A stretch of DNA of 53,732 bases from Candidatus Micrarchaeota archaeon (GCA_037440825.1 JBBITJ010000003.1:1-53732), one strand, 5' to 3'. Positions 1 to 10,166 are shown, numbered from the stretch's first letter. The notes: a model not told the origin generated them from the sequence alone. Numbers and translations: made by a program.

Positions 1-242
1 GCGTAACCGGCGGCGGAACACTTTCGGCATTCGTGGATTTCAACCGCTCCCTGATAGGATACTGGAGCTTCAACAACCTCACAGAATACGGCGCCCGTGA
101 TTCATCCTCTTACGGCAACGATGGCAAATTCGGCTACGACCGGATGATGAACCCTGGATTACTGTGCAATTCGAGAATGTCCTCATCTTCTACAAGCAGG
201 GCGCCATTTCCTGAATCGTGCAGCAGGGAAGCGTTCCCCTGA
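1..242 (+). CDS. 3' fragment of a LamG/concanavalin-A-like domain protein (open from the window edge; possibly truncated or frameshifted)
   Basis: The frame is open from nt 3 to the TGA at 240-242. 'SLIGYWSFNNLTEYGARDSSSYGNDGKFG' resembles the start of LamG-type domains of surface proteins. The tail is low-complexity and another frame looks more protein-like near the end. Confidence 0.3.
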   Translation, partial: VTGGGTLSAFVDFNRSLIGYWSFNNLTEYGARDSSSYGNDGKFGYDRMMNPGLLCNSRMSSSSTSRAPFPESCSREAFP

Positions 243-268
243 CATTGCAATGCAGCTAAGATGAGAAA

Positions 269-1459
269 TCAGGATTGCCTGTTGCGGTAGTCCTCGTACC
301 CGAATTTCCGCACCACGCGCACCTTTCCGCTCTCCTTATCGTAAAGCGCTATGGACGGCAGCGTCACTCCGTTGAAAGTCGTGTTCTTCACTATCGAATA
401 TAGCGCCATGTCCAGGAACACCAGCTTGTCCCCGGTTTTGAGCGGCTTGTCGAAAGTGTAATCTCCTATTACATCCCCTGCAAGGCAGGTGAATCCTCCG
501 AGCCTGTAAGCGTGCTTCTTCTCGCCAGGTTCGCCTGCTCCCACTATGCCCGGCTTGTAAGGCATTATTATCGTGTCGGGCATGTGCGCCTCAGCAGAAG
601 TGTCTAATATCGCGATGTCCATGCCGTTCTTGACTATGTCCAGCACGCTTGCCACAAGGACGCCTGCGTTGAGCACGGTCGCTTCCCCGGGCTCCAGGTA
701 TATCTCTTTTGTTCCGTATTTCTTCCTGAATCCGTTTATCGTCCTAATCAGCAATTCCACATCATAATCTTTCCTCGTGATATGATGTCCGCCTCCAAAA
801 TTCACCCATTTCATTTTAGGGATGTATTTTCCAAACCTCTTTTCAAAAGAGTCCAGCACGCGCACGAATACATCCGCGCCCTGCTCGCAGAGCGCATGGA
901 AATGCAGCCCGCTTATGCCGGAAAGGTCCTCGCCTTCGAGCTGCTCCGGCTGTATCCCCAGCCGCGAGCCGGGTATGCACGGATTGTACATATCCGTTTC
1001 GACTTCAGCGTAGCCGGGATTCACGCGGAGCCCTACCTCGATCTTCTTTCCGGATTTCCTTATCAGCGGCTTGTATTTCCTCCACTGCGCGAGGGAATTG
1101 AAGACTATGTGGTCCGAGTTCCTTATTATCTCCGGCATCTCGCGCTCCAGGTATGCGGGAGCGAATGTGTGCACCTCTTTAGCTCCGAACTCGCGCGCGA
1201 GCCGCGCCTCATTCAGCGATGCGGCGTTCATGCCGCTCAGCCGCGAGTTTATCAGGGGGAACGTGGAGTGCGCCGCATATGCCTTGAGGGAATGCAGCAC
1301 CTTTGCCCTGCTCTTCTTCTGCACGTAGTCCAGCGTTTCCAGGTTCTTCCTGATCATGCTTTCGCTGATGAGGTAGCAGGGCGTCTCTACACTGTCCGTC
1401 ACGGATTTCGGAAATTCGGCAAGCGCTTCCTTGTCCGAGAGCCACCAGGAAAAGCCCAT
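269..1459 (-). CDS. nspC: carboxynorspermidine/carboxyspermidine decarboxylase (PLP-dependent, NspC family)
   Basis: 396 aa with an ATG start. Overall similarity by eye to NspC/CANSDC ('HALCEQ', 'NFGGGHH', 'LEPGEA' blocks of the alanine-racemase-fold decarboxylases). It lies 4 nt downstream of the dehydrogenase partner. Confidence 0.8.
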   Translation of the reverse strand: MGFSWWLSDKEALAEFPKSVTDSVETPCYLISESMIRKNLETLDYVQKKSRAKVLHSLKAYAAHSTFPLINSRLSGMNAASLNEARLAREFGAKEVHTFAPAYLEREMPEIIRNSDHIVFNSLAQWRKYKPLIRKSGKKIEVGLRVNPGYAEVETDMYNPCIPGSRLGIQPEQLEGEDLSGISGLHFHALCEQGADVFVRVLDSFEKRFGKYIPKMKWVNFGGGHHITRKDYDVELLIRTINGFRKKYGTKEIYLEPGEATVLNAGVLVASVLDIVKNGMDIAILDTSAEAHMPDTIIMPYKPGIVGAGEPGEKKHAYRLGGFTCLAGDVIGDYTFDKPLKTGDKLVFLDMALYSIVKNTTFNGVTLPSIALYDKESGKVRVVRKFGYEDYRNRQS

Positions 1460-1463
1460 CTTT

Positions 1464-2681
1464 TCACTTTGGAAGCTCGCCCTTGAATTCCACTTTCACG
1501 GACGGAAGCCCGTATTTGTCCAGAGCCTTCATGAATTCGTCAGGATCGAACTGCTCCACGTTGAACACTCCTGCGCCCTTCCAGATGCCCTTGAGCACCA
1601 TCATCGCGCCTATCATCGCCGGAACTCCGGCGGTATAAGAGACCGCCTGCGCGCCTGTTTCCTTGTATGATTCGGCGTGGTCGCACACGTTGTATATGTA
1701 CAATTTCTTCCTCTTCCCGTCCTTCACGCCGTCGAATACGCACCCTATCACTGTCTTTCCAGTGTAGTTCTTGCCTAGCGAGCGCGGATCAGGGAGCAGC
1801 GACTGCACGAACTGTATGGGCACAATCTTCGTCCCCTTGTAGTCCACCTCGTCTATTCGCGTGAGGCCGAGGTTGTTCAGCACCCTGAAGTGCGTGAGGT
1901 AGTTTTCTGAGAACGTCATCCAGAACCTTATCCTCTTGAGCCCCTTTATGTGCTTCACCAGCGACTCTATCTCCTCGTGCCAGATGAGATAGCTCTCGTA
2001 CTTGCCAACGACCGGGTAGTCGAATTCGAAATGCACGCATTTTGGATCCATTATCGGCGGAGTCTCGACCCACTTTCCGTTCTCCCAGTACTTTCCGTTG
2101 TGCAGGAACTCGCGCAGGTTGATTTCGAGGTTGAAATTGGTCGCGAACACCTTGCCGTGGCTGCCCGCGTTGCAGTCCAGTATGTCCACGTAGTTTATCT
2201 CGTCGAAAAGGTTCTTCTGCGCGTACGCGCAATAGATGTTGGAAACTCCGGGGTCGAACCCGCAACCCAGCACCGCCATGAGCCCCTTTTGCTTGAACCT
2301 CTCGTGGTACGCCCACTGCTCCTTGTACTCGAAATGCGCGACGTTCTTGGGCTCGTAGTTCGCGGTGTCCAGGTAATTCACTCCCGCCTGGAGGCAGGCT
2401 TCCATGATGTTGAGGTCGTAGAAAGGCAGCGTTATGTTCATCACGATGTCGGGCTTGAACTCCTTTATGAGCTTCACCATCCCGGGAATATCTTCGGCGT
2501 CAACCTTCGCGACCTTTATGTCGCGGCCGTACCTCTTCTTTATGTCCTTCTGTATCTCCTGGCAGCGCTCAATGCCCCTGCTGGCCAGCATTATCTCGTC
2601 GAATACTTCAGGCACCTGCGCGCACTTGTGCGCCACCACGTTCCCTACTCCGCCTGCGCCTATTATCAAAACTTTTCCCAT
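1464..2681 (-). CDS. carboxynorspermidine synthase/dehydrogenase (saccharopine dehydrogenase family)
   Basis: 405 aa. It has an N-terminal Rossmann motif 'KVLIIGAGGVGNVVAHK' and saccharopine-dehydrogenase-like length and C-terminal domain. It is adjacent to nspC, as in the bacterial pathway. Confidence 0.8.
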   Translation of the reverse strand: MGKVLIIGAGGVGNVVAHKCAQVPEVFDEIMLASRGIERCQEIQKDIKKRYGRDIKVAKVDAEDIPGMVKLIKEFKPDIVMNITLPFYDLNIMEACLQAGVNYLDTANYEPKNVAHFEYKEQWAYHERFKQKGLMAVLGCGFDPGVSNIYCAYAQKNLFDEINYVDILDCNAGSHGKVFATNFNLEINLREFLHNGKYWENGKWVETPPIMDPKCVHFEFDYPVVGKYESYLIWHEEIESLVKHIKGLKRIRFWMTFSENYLTHFRVLNNLGLTRIDEVDYKGTKIVPIQFVQSLLPDPRSLGKNYTGKTVIGCVFDGVKDGKRKKLYIYNVCDHAESYKETGAQAVSYTAGVPAMIGAMMVLKGIWKGAGVFNVEQFDPDEFMKALDKYGLPSVKVEFKGELPK

Positions 2682-2778
2682 CGTTTCACCTCTAAGTCAA
2701 TAATGCGGCGCAGCTGAAATCAGCGCGAAAAATTTTCCTTTTCCTCACGTTGTTTTATTCACTGCCTTGTTTAAATAT

Positions 2779-3792
2779 TTATTCCCGTTTTTTCACTTTC
2801 AAATCTACCACTACCTGCACCTGCGAAGGGGAAAACGGGCGCACTATGCGCTCATTGATTATCCTGTATTTCCCTGCTTCAAGGTGCGCGGCGATCTTCC
2901 TTCTCGCTTCTGCGAACGGATCCTTCATGTCCACGAACGTGTAGAAGTGGATAGTGGCACCGTCTTTCGCCCCTGCGTAAGCCGCTTCAAGGAAGAATTC
3001 CGCGTCCTTTGGAAGCGGCATGGCTATCCTGTCTGCCCAATTCGCGTAATCACGGGGGACTATTGCCTTCACATCCCCGCACACAGCCTTCACGTTCCTA
3101 GCCTTGTTCAGCGCTATGTTTTTCTTCATGTACTCGACAGCAACAGGATTCAATTCAATTGCGACAATCTCGCAATTCTTTTTCGCCTTCGCGATCACAA
3201 GCGGGAAAGGCCCCACTCCTGCGAACAGCGCCAATACCTTCTCTCCGTCCTTCGCAAGTTCGGCAATCCTCTTCCTCTCGAAACTGAGCCGGGGTGAGAA
3301 ATAGACCTTCGCGACGTCGAGCAGCATGCGCGCCCCGCTTTCCCTGTACTCAGTCTCGGTGCGCTGCTCCCCTGCTATCACCTTAAGCCTGCGCACCCTG
3401 TACTCGCCTTCCATCGGCCCTTCCTTTTTCGCCACTGCCCGGACGTTCTGATGCACTTTCATTATCGCGTCCGCGATCAGCTTCTCCTTCGCCACCAGCT
3501 GCTCCGGAATTTCCACTATCGCGATATCGCCTATGAGGTCGAACGACGAGACGACGAGCGGAAGCTCTTCAGGGGAAAGGACGCCCCTGAGCGCTTCATC
3601 CATGCTCCTGGGCTTCGTGTGCAGCGGTTCGGCATCAATTTCAACTGCGCCGCGCACCGCTCCCTTGACCGGAATCCATACCTTTCCGTCCTTGCCGAAA
3701 ACCTTGTACGAGGGGTCGAACCGCCCGTTCTTCTTGAGCTCGACCAGCTTCTTCTGCGCAAGCTTTTTCGCGACAGGGACAAAAAGCGCCAC
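2779..3792 (-). CDS. trm5: tRNA (guanine37-N1)-methyltransferase Trm5/Taw22 family (Met-10+ like)
   Basis: 337 aa with a SAM-binding block 'LFAGVGPFPLVIAK...IVAIELNP'. The GTG start lies 8 nt after the leuS stop, and there is no nearby ATG. Confidence 0.75.
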   Translation of the reverse strand: MALFVPVAKKLAQKKLVELKKNGRFDPSYKVFGKDGKVWIPVKGAVRGAVEIDAEPLHTKPRSMDEALRGVLSPEELPLVVSSFDLIGDIAIVEIPEQLVAKEKLIADAIMKVHQNVRAVAKKEGPMEGEYRVRRLKVIAGEQRTETEYRESGARMLLDVAKVYFSPRLSFERKRIAELAKDGEKVLALFAGVGPFPLVIAKAKKNCEIVAIELNPVAVEYMKKNIALNKARNVKAVCGDVKAIVPRDYANWADRIAMPLPKDAEFFLEAAYAGAKDGATIHFYTFVDMKDPFAEARRKIAAHLEAGKYRIINERIVRPFSPSQVQVVVDLKVKKRE

Positions 3793-3799
3793 GTTATCA

Positions 3800-6559
3800 C
3801 TATTCCAGCACTATCGCAGGTTTTCCAGGCATCGCGCTCTTGGCTTTCGGATGCTTCGAACCCGCCTCCTGCACCACTTCAACTGGGAAGCCGAGCTGCT
3901 CCGCGATGAAATCTGAAGCGTCGGAAAGCGCCTCGCTCTCATCGTCAGATTCGAGTATGGGCGGAAGCGCGAATATGTTCTTGCCTATCTGCCTGGCGAA
4001 TTTCGCAAGGTCGGCGGCGAACGGCTTGAGTTCCGGCTCTGCCATGCACCTTCTCATCGTGCCTTCGAAGCTCCTTTCCTCCCTGGCTATCCAGTACGCC
4101 TTGCGCTTCCATTCGTCAGCGATGATGACTGTCGCCTTCTTCGGCTTCATGCCTGTGAGATGGGCTATCTTCTCGATGTCTTCGATGACCTTCGCGACCA
4201 GCGCCTCGCGCATCTCCAGCCGCTCGTTCACGAGGCTGGCGTCCGCCTGCGCCATCTGCGCATTTACCACGAAGCCCTGGCCGCCAATCTCCCTCCACAG
4301 CTCTTCCGCGAGGTGCGGCGCGAAAGGCGCGATCGCGGTGGTCCATTTCTCGAAGAATTCCTTGAGCTTGGGCTCCTTCGTCCTCTTGAAGTACCACGCG
4401 ATGTCCGCGCTCGTGTCGTAAAGCAGCTCTTTCACGAGTTCCCTGTACTGGAACTTCTGGTACCTGGAATCTATTTCCAAGAGCCTCCTGTTCAGCCGCG
4501 AAAGCAGCCAGAAGTCTATGTCCGAGGTGGCGCGGTGCTTCGCGTACGGCACCACCGCGTAGATCGCCTTGAGCCTGCTGTCCACGCCCTGGGCTACAGG
4601 CTTGCTGAAGTCCGTGTCAACGCTCAGGTCCGCCCCTCCGACTATGCTGAGCCGTATCACATCAGCGCCGTATTCGGCTATCGCCTTCCTGAGCTGAAGG
4701 ATGTTCCCGAGGGACTTGCTCATCTTCTTGCCGTCCATGAGCACGAACCCGTTCGCGACTATCTGCTTCGGCCAGTTTTCCTTGGGGAATATCGCGCAAT
4801 GGTTGAATATGAAGAACGTGAGGTGGTTCCTGATCAGGTCCGCGCCGCTGTGCCTCGAGTCCACTGGATACCAGTAGAGGAACTCTTTCCTCATCCTCTC
4901 CATCTCAGGCGTCCCGCTTCCCCTGCCCAGGAACACGTAATCGAAGAATTTCTCATCCAGTTTCTCCGGCGCCATTCCTTTCAGCATGTGCGCGATCGTA
5001 TAGAACGCCATGTATATGGTGGAATCCGAGAGGGACTCTATTATCTGGGACTTGTCGAACGGGAACGGGGTCCCGAGCCCCTGCGAGCGCACGCACGCCT
5101 TCTCTTTCAGCCAATCGATCGTGTAGAGGTAATCGTCCCTCGTGCGTTCAGGAAGCGCCTTCATCCCAGCCAGGCATTCTTTGGCTGCCTCCTTCCATTT
5201 CGCATCCCCGTAGTCTATGAACCACTGGTTCTTCACTATGTTCACTACTATCCCTGCTCCGCACCTGCACGAGACCGGGCCGTTGGCGATTATGTGGAGC
5301 GAAAGGGCCTGGTTTCCTGCCTTGAGTTTCGCAATTATCTTCTCTCTCGCCTTGGATGCAGGAAGCCCGTCGTACTCCTTGTCCCCGACCTTCATCCTGC
5401 CCTGGTGTATCTCTTTCTTGTAAAGCTCGTGCGTCGCCTCCGCGGCCTTGGGGTCCTGCTGGCTCTTCAAGCCCATTTTTTCCACGATGTCCCTGGCCGG
5501 AATGTCGTAGCCGCTTATCTCTATTACTTTCACGACCCCTATCTCTTCCACTTTGCCAAGGTCCCTGAGCGCGAGGTAGTCGTAGGGCGCGTGCGCAGGC
5601 ACGCTCATCACTGCGCCTGTGCCTTGCCCCGGCTCCACGAAGCTGGCTGGCAGTATTGGCACTTCCTTCCCGAGCGGGCTGACCGCGGTTCCGGGCTTCG
5701 AGCCTTCTGTTCCGGCAATGAGCTCGCTGCCCATCATCCTTCCCTTTATTTCCAGGCTGAGCTGGAGAGCGAGCCCCTTGGCGGCCTCTTCAGCCAGGTA
5801 AAGGATTTCGCCGTTGTGCGCTGCCTTCACATAAGTGGCTTCAGGGTTCACCCACAGGTTGGTCACCCCGAAAAGCGTTTCCGGGCGGTAAGTGGATACG
5901 ATTATGCTTCCGTCCGCGTGCCTGAATTTCACCGCAGTTACCTCCTCTATCTCAGGATCCACGTCCCCTATGGTGTCGTGGGCGCTCACCGCGTTGTTGT
6001 CCGAAGGGCACCACGGAACAGGGTGCTCGCCCATCTTCAGGTAGCCCAGTTCCTTGAGCTTCATGAACTGCCATTCTATGAACTTGTTGAAGTGCGGATC
6101 CAGGGTGTAGAACTTCCTCCTCCAGTCTATCGAATACCCCATCTCCCTCATGCCCTGCTCTATCTCGTGCGAGAAGTGCATCACGAGCGCCTTGGGATCG
6201 GTGAGGGTGGCTGCCTTGGCCCTGCTTATTCCGTATATCCTCTCGAATATGGAAAGCAGATCCGGATCGTTTTCCCTTATCTTCTTGGCCATGCTTATTA
6301 TCGGCGTCCCGGTTACGTGGAAGCCCATTGGGAACAGCACGTTGAATCCCTTCATCCTCCAGTATCTGGCGTATATGTCCGCGACCGTGTACGTCCTTCC
6401 GTGGCCGATGTGCTGCGGCGAATTCGGGTAGGGGAATGCGGCGGTTATGTACTTCTTCTCCTTCGATTCGTCAGCCCTGGCTTCGTAGACCTTCGCCCTT
6501 TCCCATTCCAGGTTCCATTTTGCATCGAAAGACCTGAGGTCAGCTATTTTCTCTTCCAT
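3800..6559 (-). CDS. leuS: leucine--tRNA ligase (archaeal type)
   Basis: Class I signatures 'HIGHGRTYT' (HIGH) and 'KMSKS'. The ATG at 6559 is one codon inside the TTG used by the track. The stop is TAG followed by TGA and TAA. Confidence 0.95.
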   Translation of the reverse strand: MEEKIADLRSFDAKWNLEWERAKVYEARADESKEKKYITAAFPYPNSPQHIGHGRTYTVADIYARYWRMKGFNVLFPMGFHVTGTPIISMAKKIRENDPDLLSIFERIYGISRAKAATLTDPKALVMHFSHEIEQGMREMGYSIDWRRKFYTLDPHFNKFIEWQFMKLKELGYLKMGEHPVPWCPSDNNAVSAHDTIGDVDPEIEEVTAVKFRHADGSIIVSTYRPETLFGVTNLWVNPEATYVKAAHNGEILYLAEEAAKGLALQLSLEIKGRMMGSELIAGTEGSKPGTAVSPLGKEVPILPASFVEPGQGTGAVMSVPAHAPYDYLALRDLGKVEEIGVVKVIEISGYDIPARDIVEKMGLKSQQDPKAAEATHELYKKEIHQGRMKVGDKEYDGLPASKAREKIIAKLKAGNQALSLHIIANGPVSCRCGAGIVVNIVKNQWFIDYGDAKWKEAAKECLAGMKALPERTRDDYLYTIDWLKEKACVRSQGLGTPFPFDKSQIIESLSDSTIYMAFYTIAHMLKGMAPEKLDEKFFDYVFLGRGSGTPEMERMRKEFLYWYPVDSRHSGADLIRNHLTFFIFNHCAIFPKENWPKQIVANGFVLMDGKKMSKSLGNILQLRKAIAEYGADVIRLSIVGGADLSVDTDFSKPVAQGVDSRLKAIYAVVPYAKHRATSDIDFWLLSRLNRRLLEIDSRYQKFQYRELVKELLYDTSADIAWYFKRTKEPKLKEFFEKWTTAIAPFAPHLAEELWREIGGQGFVVNAQMAQADASLVNERLEMREALVAKVIEDIEKIAHLTGMKPKKATVIIADEWKRKAYWIAREERSFEGTMRRCMAEPELKPFAADLAKFARQIGKNIFALPPILESDDESEALSDASDFIAEQLGFPVEVVQEAGSKHPKAKSAMPGKPAIVLE

Positions 6560-6607
6560 CAAAGCACCTTTATTGAGCGATAAGGAATACCTATTCTGCT
6601 CGCATGC

Positions 6608-6629
6608 TTTTTATATATTATTATATAAT
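6608..6629. promoter_or_regulatory. AT-rich TATA-box region of the divergent promoter between leuS and the membrane-paralog operon
   Basis: 'tttttatatattattatataat' is the only AT-rich stretch in the 80-nt divergent intergenic region. It lies about 15-35 nt upstream of the ATG at 6643. Confidence 0.5.
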
Positions 6630-6642
6630 ACTTCTCGATAGC

Positions 6643-7839
6643 ATGCTTCCCGTACCGATGGCAGCGGCGCTTCTGGCGGCCTACCCGACTTTCCAGGACG
6701 CTCTCTCGGGCTATTTCACGGATGTGCTTCCGCTCATCCTCGCCTCTTTCGCAATAAGCCTGTTCGTAACCGCGCTCATGTACATGGCAGGCAGCGCACT
6801 GCAGTCGCAGGACTTGCTTGCATTGGGCAAGGACAACCTGGCCAACCTCTTCTTCTCCGCGATAATCGTGTTCATGTTCCTCGCGCTGTTCGCGATATTC
6901 CAGCAGTTCGCGTCAGCCATCGCGTGCGGCCAGCCGTGCGACCACCTCCAGGCCGCGTATTCGAGCGTCCTCATGCTGCGCTCCAAGCTGATGTCCCTAT
7001 ACTTCAACCTCTACTTCTACGAGCTCATATTCGGTTTCCTCTCCACGCTGGGCTTCTCCATTCCTCTTCCTGCGCTCGGTCCGGCGAGCCTGCTCGCATT
7101 CATCATCAACCTTCCCACCATTTCGTTCGCGCCCCTCTCGGGCCTCACTCCTCTTTCAAATGCGCACACCATAGTGGTCGAGGCGGTGGGAACCGCGCTC
7201 CTCGCCGTGCTGGCGAGGCAGGTGCTCCTCGAATTCGTGATGAAATACATGTTCGTCTTCCTCGTGATCGGCGCAGGGCTGCGCTCCATGTGGTTCACCC
7301 GCCGCACGGGCTCGAGCATACTCGCACTCGCCGCAGTCTCGTATTTCGTCTATCCGCTCGCCGTCCTTCTCTCCAACTACCTCATCTTCCAGGCGTACGA
7401 GCCCGCGAACTTCGGAGTCATACCTACCTCCATCGGCTTCTGCGAGGACTCGACCACCCTCGGATCGCTTTCCGTGATGTTCGCGAGCGAGCGCAGCAAC
7501 CTCTACAACGCGTCCATCCCCAAGTCCGAGACGAAATGGTACATGTTCTGGAACACGCTGGTTGACGGCGCGAACTACGTGGGCGAATCCGCCTCGATGA
7601 TGCTCAAGGTGCTCTGGTCGTTCAACATGAACCTCGCCTACCTGCTCATACTCTCGCCGATGGCGTTCTCCACTTTCCTGGACTTCCTGTTCATAGAGAT
7701 ACAGACCCAGGTGCAGTTCCTGGTGCTCGTGTTCGTGTGCTTCGTCACAGAGATAATAATCACGATAACGATGTACCGCGGCGTCGCGATGCTCATAGAA
7801 GGAGAATCCGAAATATTCGGAATAAGCAAGCTCATGTAA
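6643..7839 (+). CDS. polytopic membrane protein, paralog 1 of 6 (unknown family)
   Basis: About 9 hydrophobic helices. It carries the shared motifs 'LMYMAGSAL', 'LRSMWFTRRTGSS...YFVYP' and the tail 'GESEIFGISKLM'. The track start at 6604 would translate the TATA region, so I prefer the ATG at 6643 (6658 is also possible). Confidence 0.8.
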   Translation: MLPVPMAAALLAAYPTFQDALSGYFTDVLPLILASFAISLFVTALMYMAGSALQSQDLLALGKDNLANLFFSAIIVFMFLALFAIFQQFASAIACGQPCDHLQAAYSSVLMLRSKLMSLYFNLYFYELIFGFLSTLGFSIPLPALGPASLLAFIINLPTISFAPLSGLTPLSNAHTIVVEAVGTALLAVLARQVLLEFVMKYMFVFLVIGAGLRSMWFTRRTGSSILALAAVSYFVYPLAVLLSNYLIFQAYEPANFGVIPTSIGFCEDSTTLGSLSVMFASERSNLYNASIPKSETKWYMFWNTLVDGANYVGESASMMLKVLWSFNMNLAYLLILSPMAFSTFLDFLFIEIQTQVQFLVLVFVCFVTEIIITITMYRGVAMLIEGESEIFGISKLM

Positions 7840-7848
7840 GATGGTGAA

Positions 7849-8760
7849 ATGGCGTTCCTGTTCGAAACCCTTGTGCCGACAATCGGCTTCCTCATGGTGC
7901 TGATCATAATGCTCGCCTACGTTGGCGGCAAGATCTTCCGCATCCCGTCCTGGGAGGCGTACTTCAATGTGGAGCTCCACAACCTCGTGTTCGCGGTCCT
8001 GCTGCTGAGCGTAGCGTTCGCAGCGTACGAAGGGATGAACTCGCTCGCGTACGACGTAGTTGGCGCGAGCCCGGTGCAGGCGTCCATGTCCTTCCTCAAC
8101 AGGATAACGAACAAGGGCGTGCTTCCAATGTACAAGGACCTGCTCGGCATAGAGGCAGGGACCGCGATGAGCAACTCGTTCTACATCAGGATGGGGCCCG
8201 GAGTATGGTCCTACACCAACAAGATCGAGCCGGGCGCGGACGCGATCCTCTCCATGGTGAGGCTCATGAGCATGGGCCTCATAGTGATATACGGAAGCCT
8301 GAGCATCCAGTACATCGGGCTCAGCCTGGTGGATTTCGGGATGCCGCTCTCGCTCTCGCTCGGAGTGCTGCTCTTCATACTTCCCTCCACGAGGGAGGCG
8401 GGCGCGTTCCTCATGTGCTTCGCATTAGCGTTCCAGATAATATTCCCGTCGCTTTACGCGCTCAACCAGGTGATACTCGATGACATGGCGTGCGCCCGCG
8501 CGACTGCGGAAGGCAACGCGTGCGAGCCCTACGATGCGTATATTCCTGAAATCGCGCTCTTCGGTGTGCAGGCAAGGGGAGTTTCTTTCCTGTCCTACCT
8601 GGTCCCGCTGGCGAGCCTGGCGAACTTCGAGCTTCTGATTCCATTCATCAATGCAATGGCACACCTCACGCTGGTCTCGCTTTTCCTGCCGGCGCTCGTG
8701 CTCACGATAACGATAGCGTTCATAAACGCGCTCACCAAATACATACTGGGAAGGATATGA
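7849..8760 (+). CDS. polytopic membrane protein, paralog 2 of 6 (most divergent)
   Basis: A GGTGA SD lies 2 nt upstream of the ATG. It has multiple TM helices, the core 'LFILPSTREAGAF...QIIFP' and the tail 'ALTKYILGRI'. Confidence 0.75.
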   Translation: MAFLFETLVPTIGFLMVLIIMLAYVGGKIFRIPSWEAYFNVELHNLVFAVLLLSVAFAAYEGMNSLAYDVVGASPVQASMSFLNRITNKGVLPMYKDLLGIEAGTAMSNSFYIRMGPGVWSYTNKIEPGADAILSMVRLMSMGLIVIYGSLSIQYIGLSLVDFGMPLSLSLGVLLFILPSTREAGAFLMCFALAFQIIFPSLYALNQVILDDMACARATAEGNACEPYDAYIPEIALFGVQARGVSFLSYLVPLASLANFELLIPFINAMAHLTLVSLFLPALVLTITIAFINALTKYILGRI

Positions 8761-10166
8761 GACTCGCACTTTTCGCCCTGATGGCCGTTGCGGCCTCGTT
8801 CGCTGCGGAAATCCAGGAGTTCTACGAGCCCAGCAACCCCGATTCCCTCTATTTCGCGTGGGGCGTGCTCGCAGCAGGGGCGCTCACGCTGAGCATATTC
8901 CTTGCAGGAATAATCTACATGGCCGGCAATTTCCTGATGAACGAGAAGATCAAGGGGTGGGCGAAGGCGGAAGCGGTGGAAATCCTCTATTCAGGCGTCC
9001 TGCTCGCGGTGGTCGGCGCGTTCTACCTAACCGCGAACCAGGTCGCCAGTTCGCTCGTGTACAGCATAGACACGTACAGCGCTGACCTCGTGTGCAGCAC
9101 TTCGAATCCCTTGTTCAATACGTTCACCATGCATGGCGAGCCTGTTGATCTGGGCTACGCGCATCTTCCCTGCCACATGCGGGTAGCGAAGAATTTCCTC
9201 GCATCCATCTTCTACGAAACAGGGGGCTTCGTGAAGAGCGTCGGCGTTACCCATTCGTGGTACACCTACCTCTCATCGTTCTCGTTCGACTTCACTCCAG
9301 TGGGCACGACAACTTTCTTCTCCGGCGGGAGCTTCAACTTCGCCATATTTGGGTTCCTGAACGCGAAGAACAACGCGCTCTCCTTCCTTTTCGACAACGG
9401 GATAAAGGTGCTCACGCTCGTGCGCTTCCAGGAGGTGCTAATCAATTTCGTAGGCACCGCGCTCTTCCCCGTGCTTCTCATGGCCGGGCTGGTGCTGCGC
9501 ACGTTCATGCTCACCCGCCGCCTTGGAGGGCTTCTGATGGCCATGGCGATCTCGCTATACTACGTCTTCCCGGCGTTCTACGTGCTCGGCGACAGCGTGT
9601 ACACCTCCATCATCCTGGCAAACTACAACAACTCAGTTCCGCTGGAGAACAGGAGCGCGCTGGCGCAGATATTCACGGACTTCAACGCGATGCCCAAGAA
9701 GATAAACGATTCCTACCAGGAGAACATGGCGCTCGCCACCAACGGGAGCAACGCCTCCTCCGAATTCCTGAGCCAGATCGGGCTCCTCACGTCCACGACG
9801 CTGTGCAACAAGACCGCGGAAGAGGTGCAGAACTACACGAACCAGTACGGCAGCGTGACCGGCGCGAACCTGAGCGTGGTGTTGGATTCCTTTGGCTCTG
9901 AGAACCGCCTGCTCGGTAGCTGGCTTACGGACTCTTTCAGCAAGGGCGGCACGCCATGGTACCTGGGCGGAGGGGTGACTGACGCGGTCATGAACACCGC
10001 GAGCTTCAGGTCGATACTCACAGGCATAGACGTGCTCGCGAAAGCAGTATTCTTCTCCATGTTCTTTTCGTTCATATCCATATTCGCCACGATTGCCTCT
10101 GTCAAGTCCCTTTCCCCTATGCTGGGCGGGGACGTGGAGATAGCCGGGCTTACCCACCTCATATGA
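8757..10166 (+). CDS. polytopic membrane protein, paralog 3 of 6, with signal peptide and sequon-rich loop
   Basis: ATGA overlap with paralog 2. It has the signal peptide 'MRLALFALMAVAASFAAE', the motifs 'IIYMAGNFLMNEK' and 'LRTFMLTRRLGGL...YYVFP', a loop with many N-x-S/T sequons (NRS, NDS, NGS, NAS, NKT, NYT, NLS) and the tail 'GGDVEIAGLTHLI'. Confidence 0.8.
   Translation: MRLALFALMAVAASFAAEIQEFYEPSNPDSLYFAWGVLAAGALTLSIFLAGIIYMAGNFLMNEKIKGWAKAEAVEILYSGVLLAVVGAFYLTANQVASSLVYSIDTYSADLVCSTSNPLFNTFTMHGEPVDLGYAHLPCHMRVAKNFLASIFYETGGFVKSVGVTHSWYTYLSSFSFDFTPVGTTTFFSGGSFNFAIFGFLNAKNNALSFLFDNGIKVLTLVRFQEVLINFVGTALFPVLLMAGLVLRTFMLTRRLGGLLMAMAISLYYVFPAFYVLGDSVYTSIILANYNNSVPLENRSALAQIFTDFNAMPKKINDSYQENMALATNGSNASSEFLSQIGLLTSTTLCNKTAEEVQNYTNQYGSVTGANLSVVLDSFGSENRLLGSWLTDSFSKGGTPWYLGGGVTDAVMNTASFRSILTGIDVLAKAVFFSMFFSFISIFATIASVKSLSPMLGGDVEIAGLTHLI

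Noticed and set aside
4160-6583. An 807-aa ORF on the plus strand, and similar long ORFs at 782..1486, 1950..2717, 7156..7980, 9633..10454, 11845..12456, 19354..20559, 24998..25753, 43279..43866, 47520..48185 and 51384..52568.
   Set aside because: They run antisense to genes with strong family signatures (leuS, nspC, ppsA, lonB and others). Their translations are Arg/His/Val/Leu-rich low-complexity sequences typical of shadow ORFs in GC3-biased genomes, and they have no motifs.
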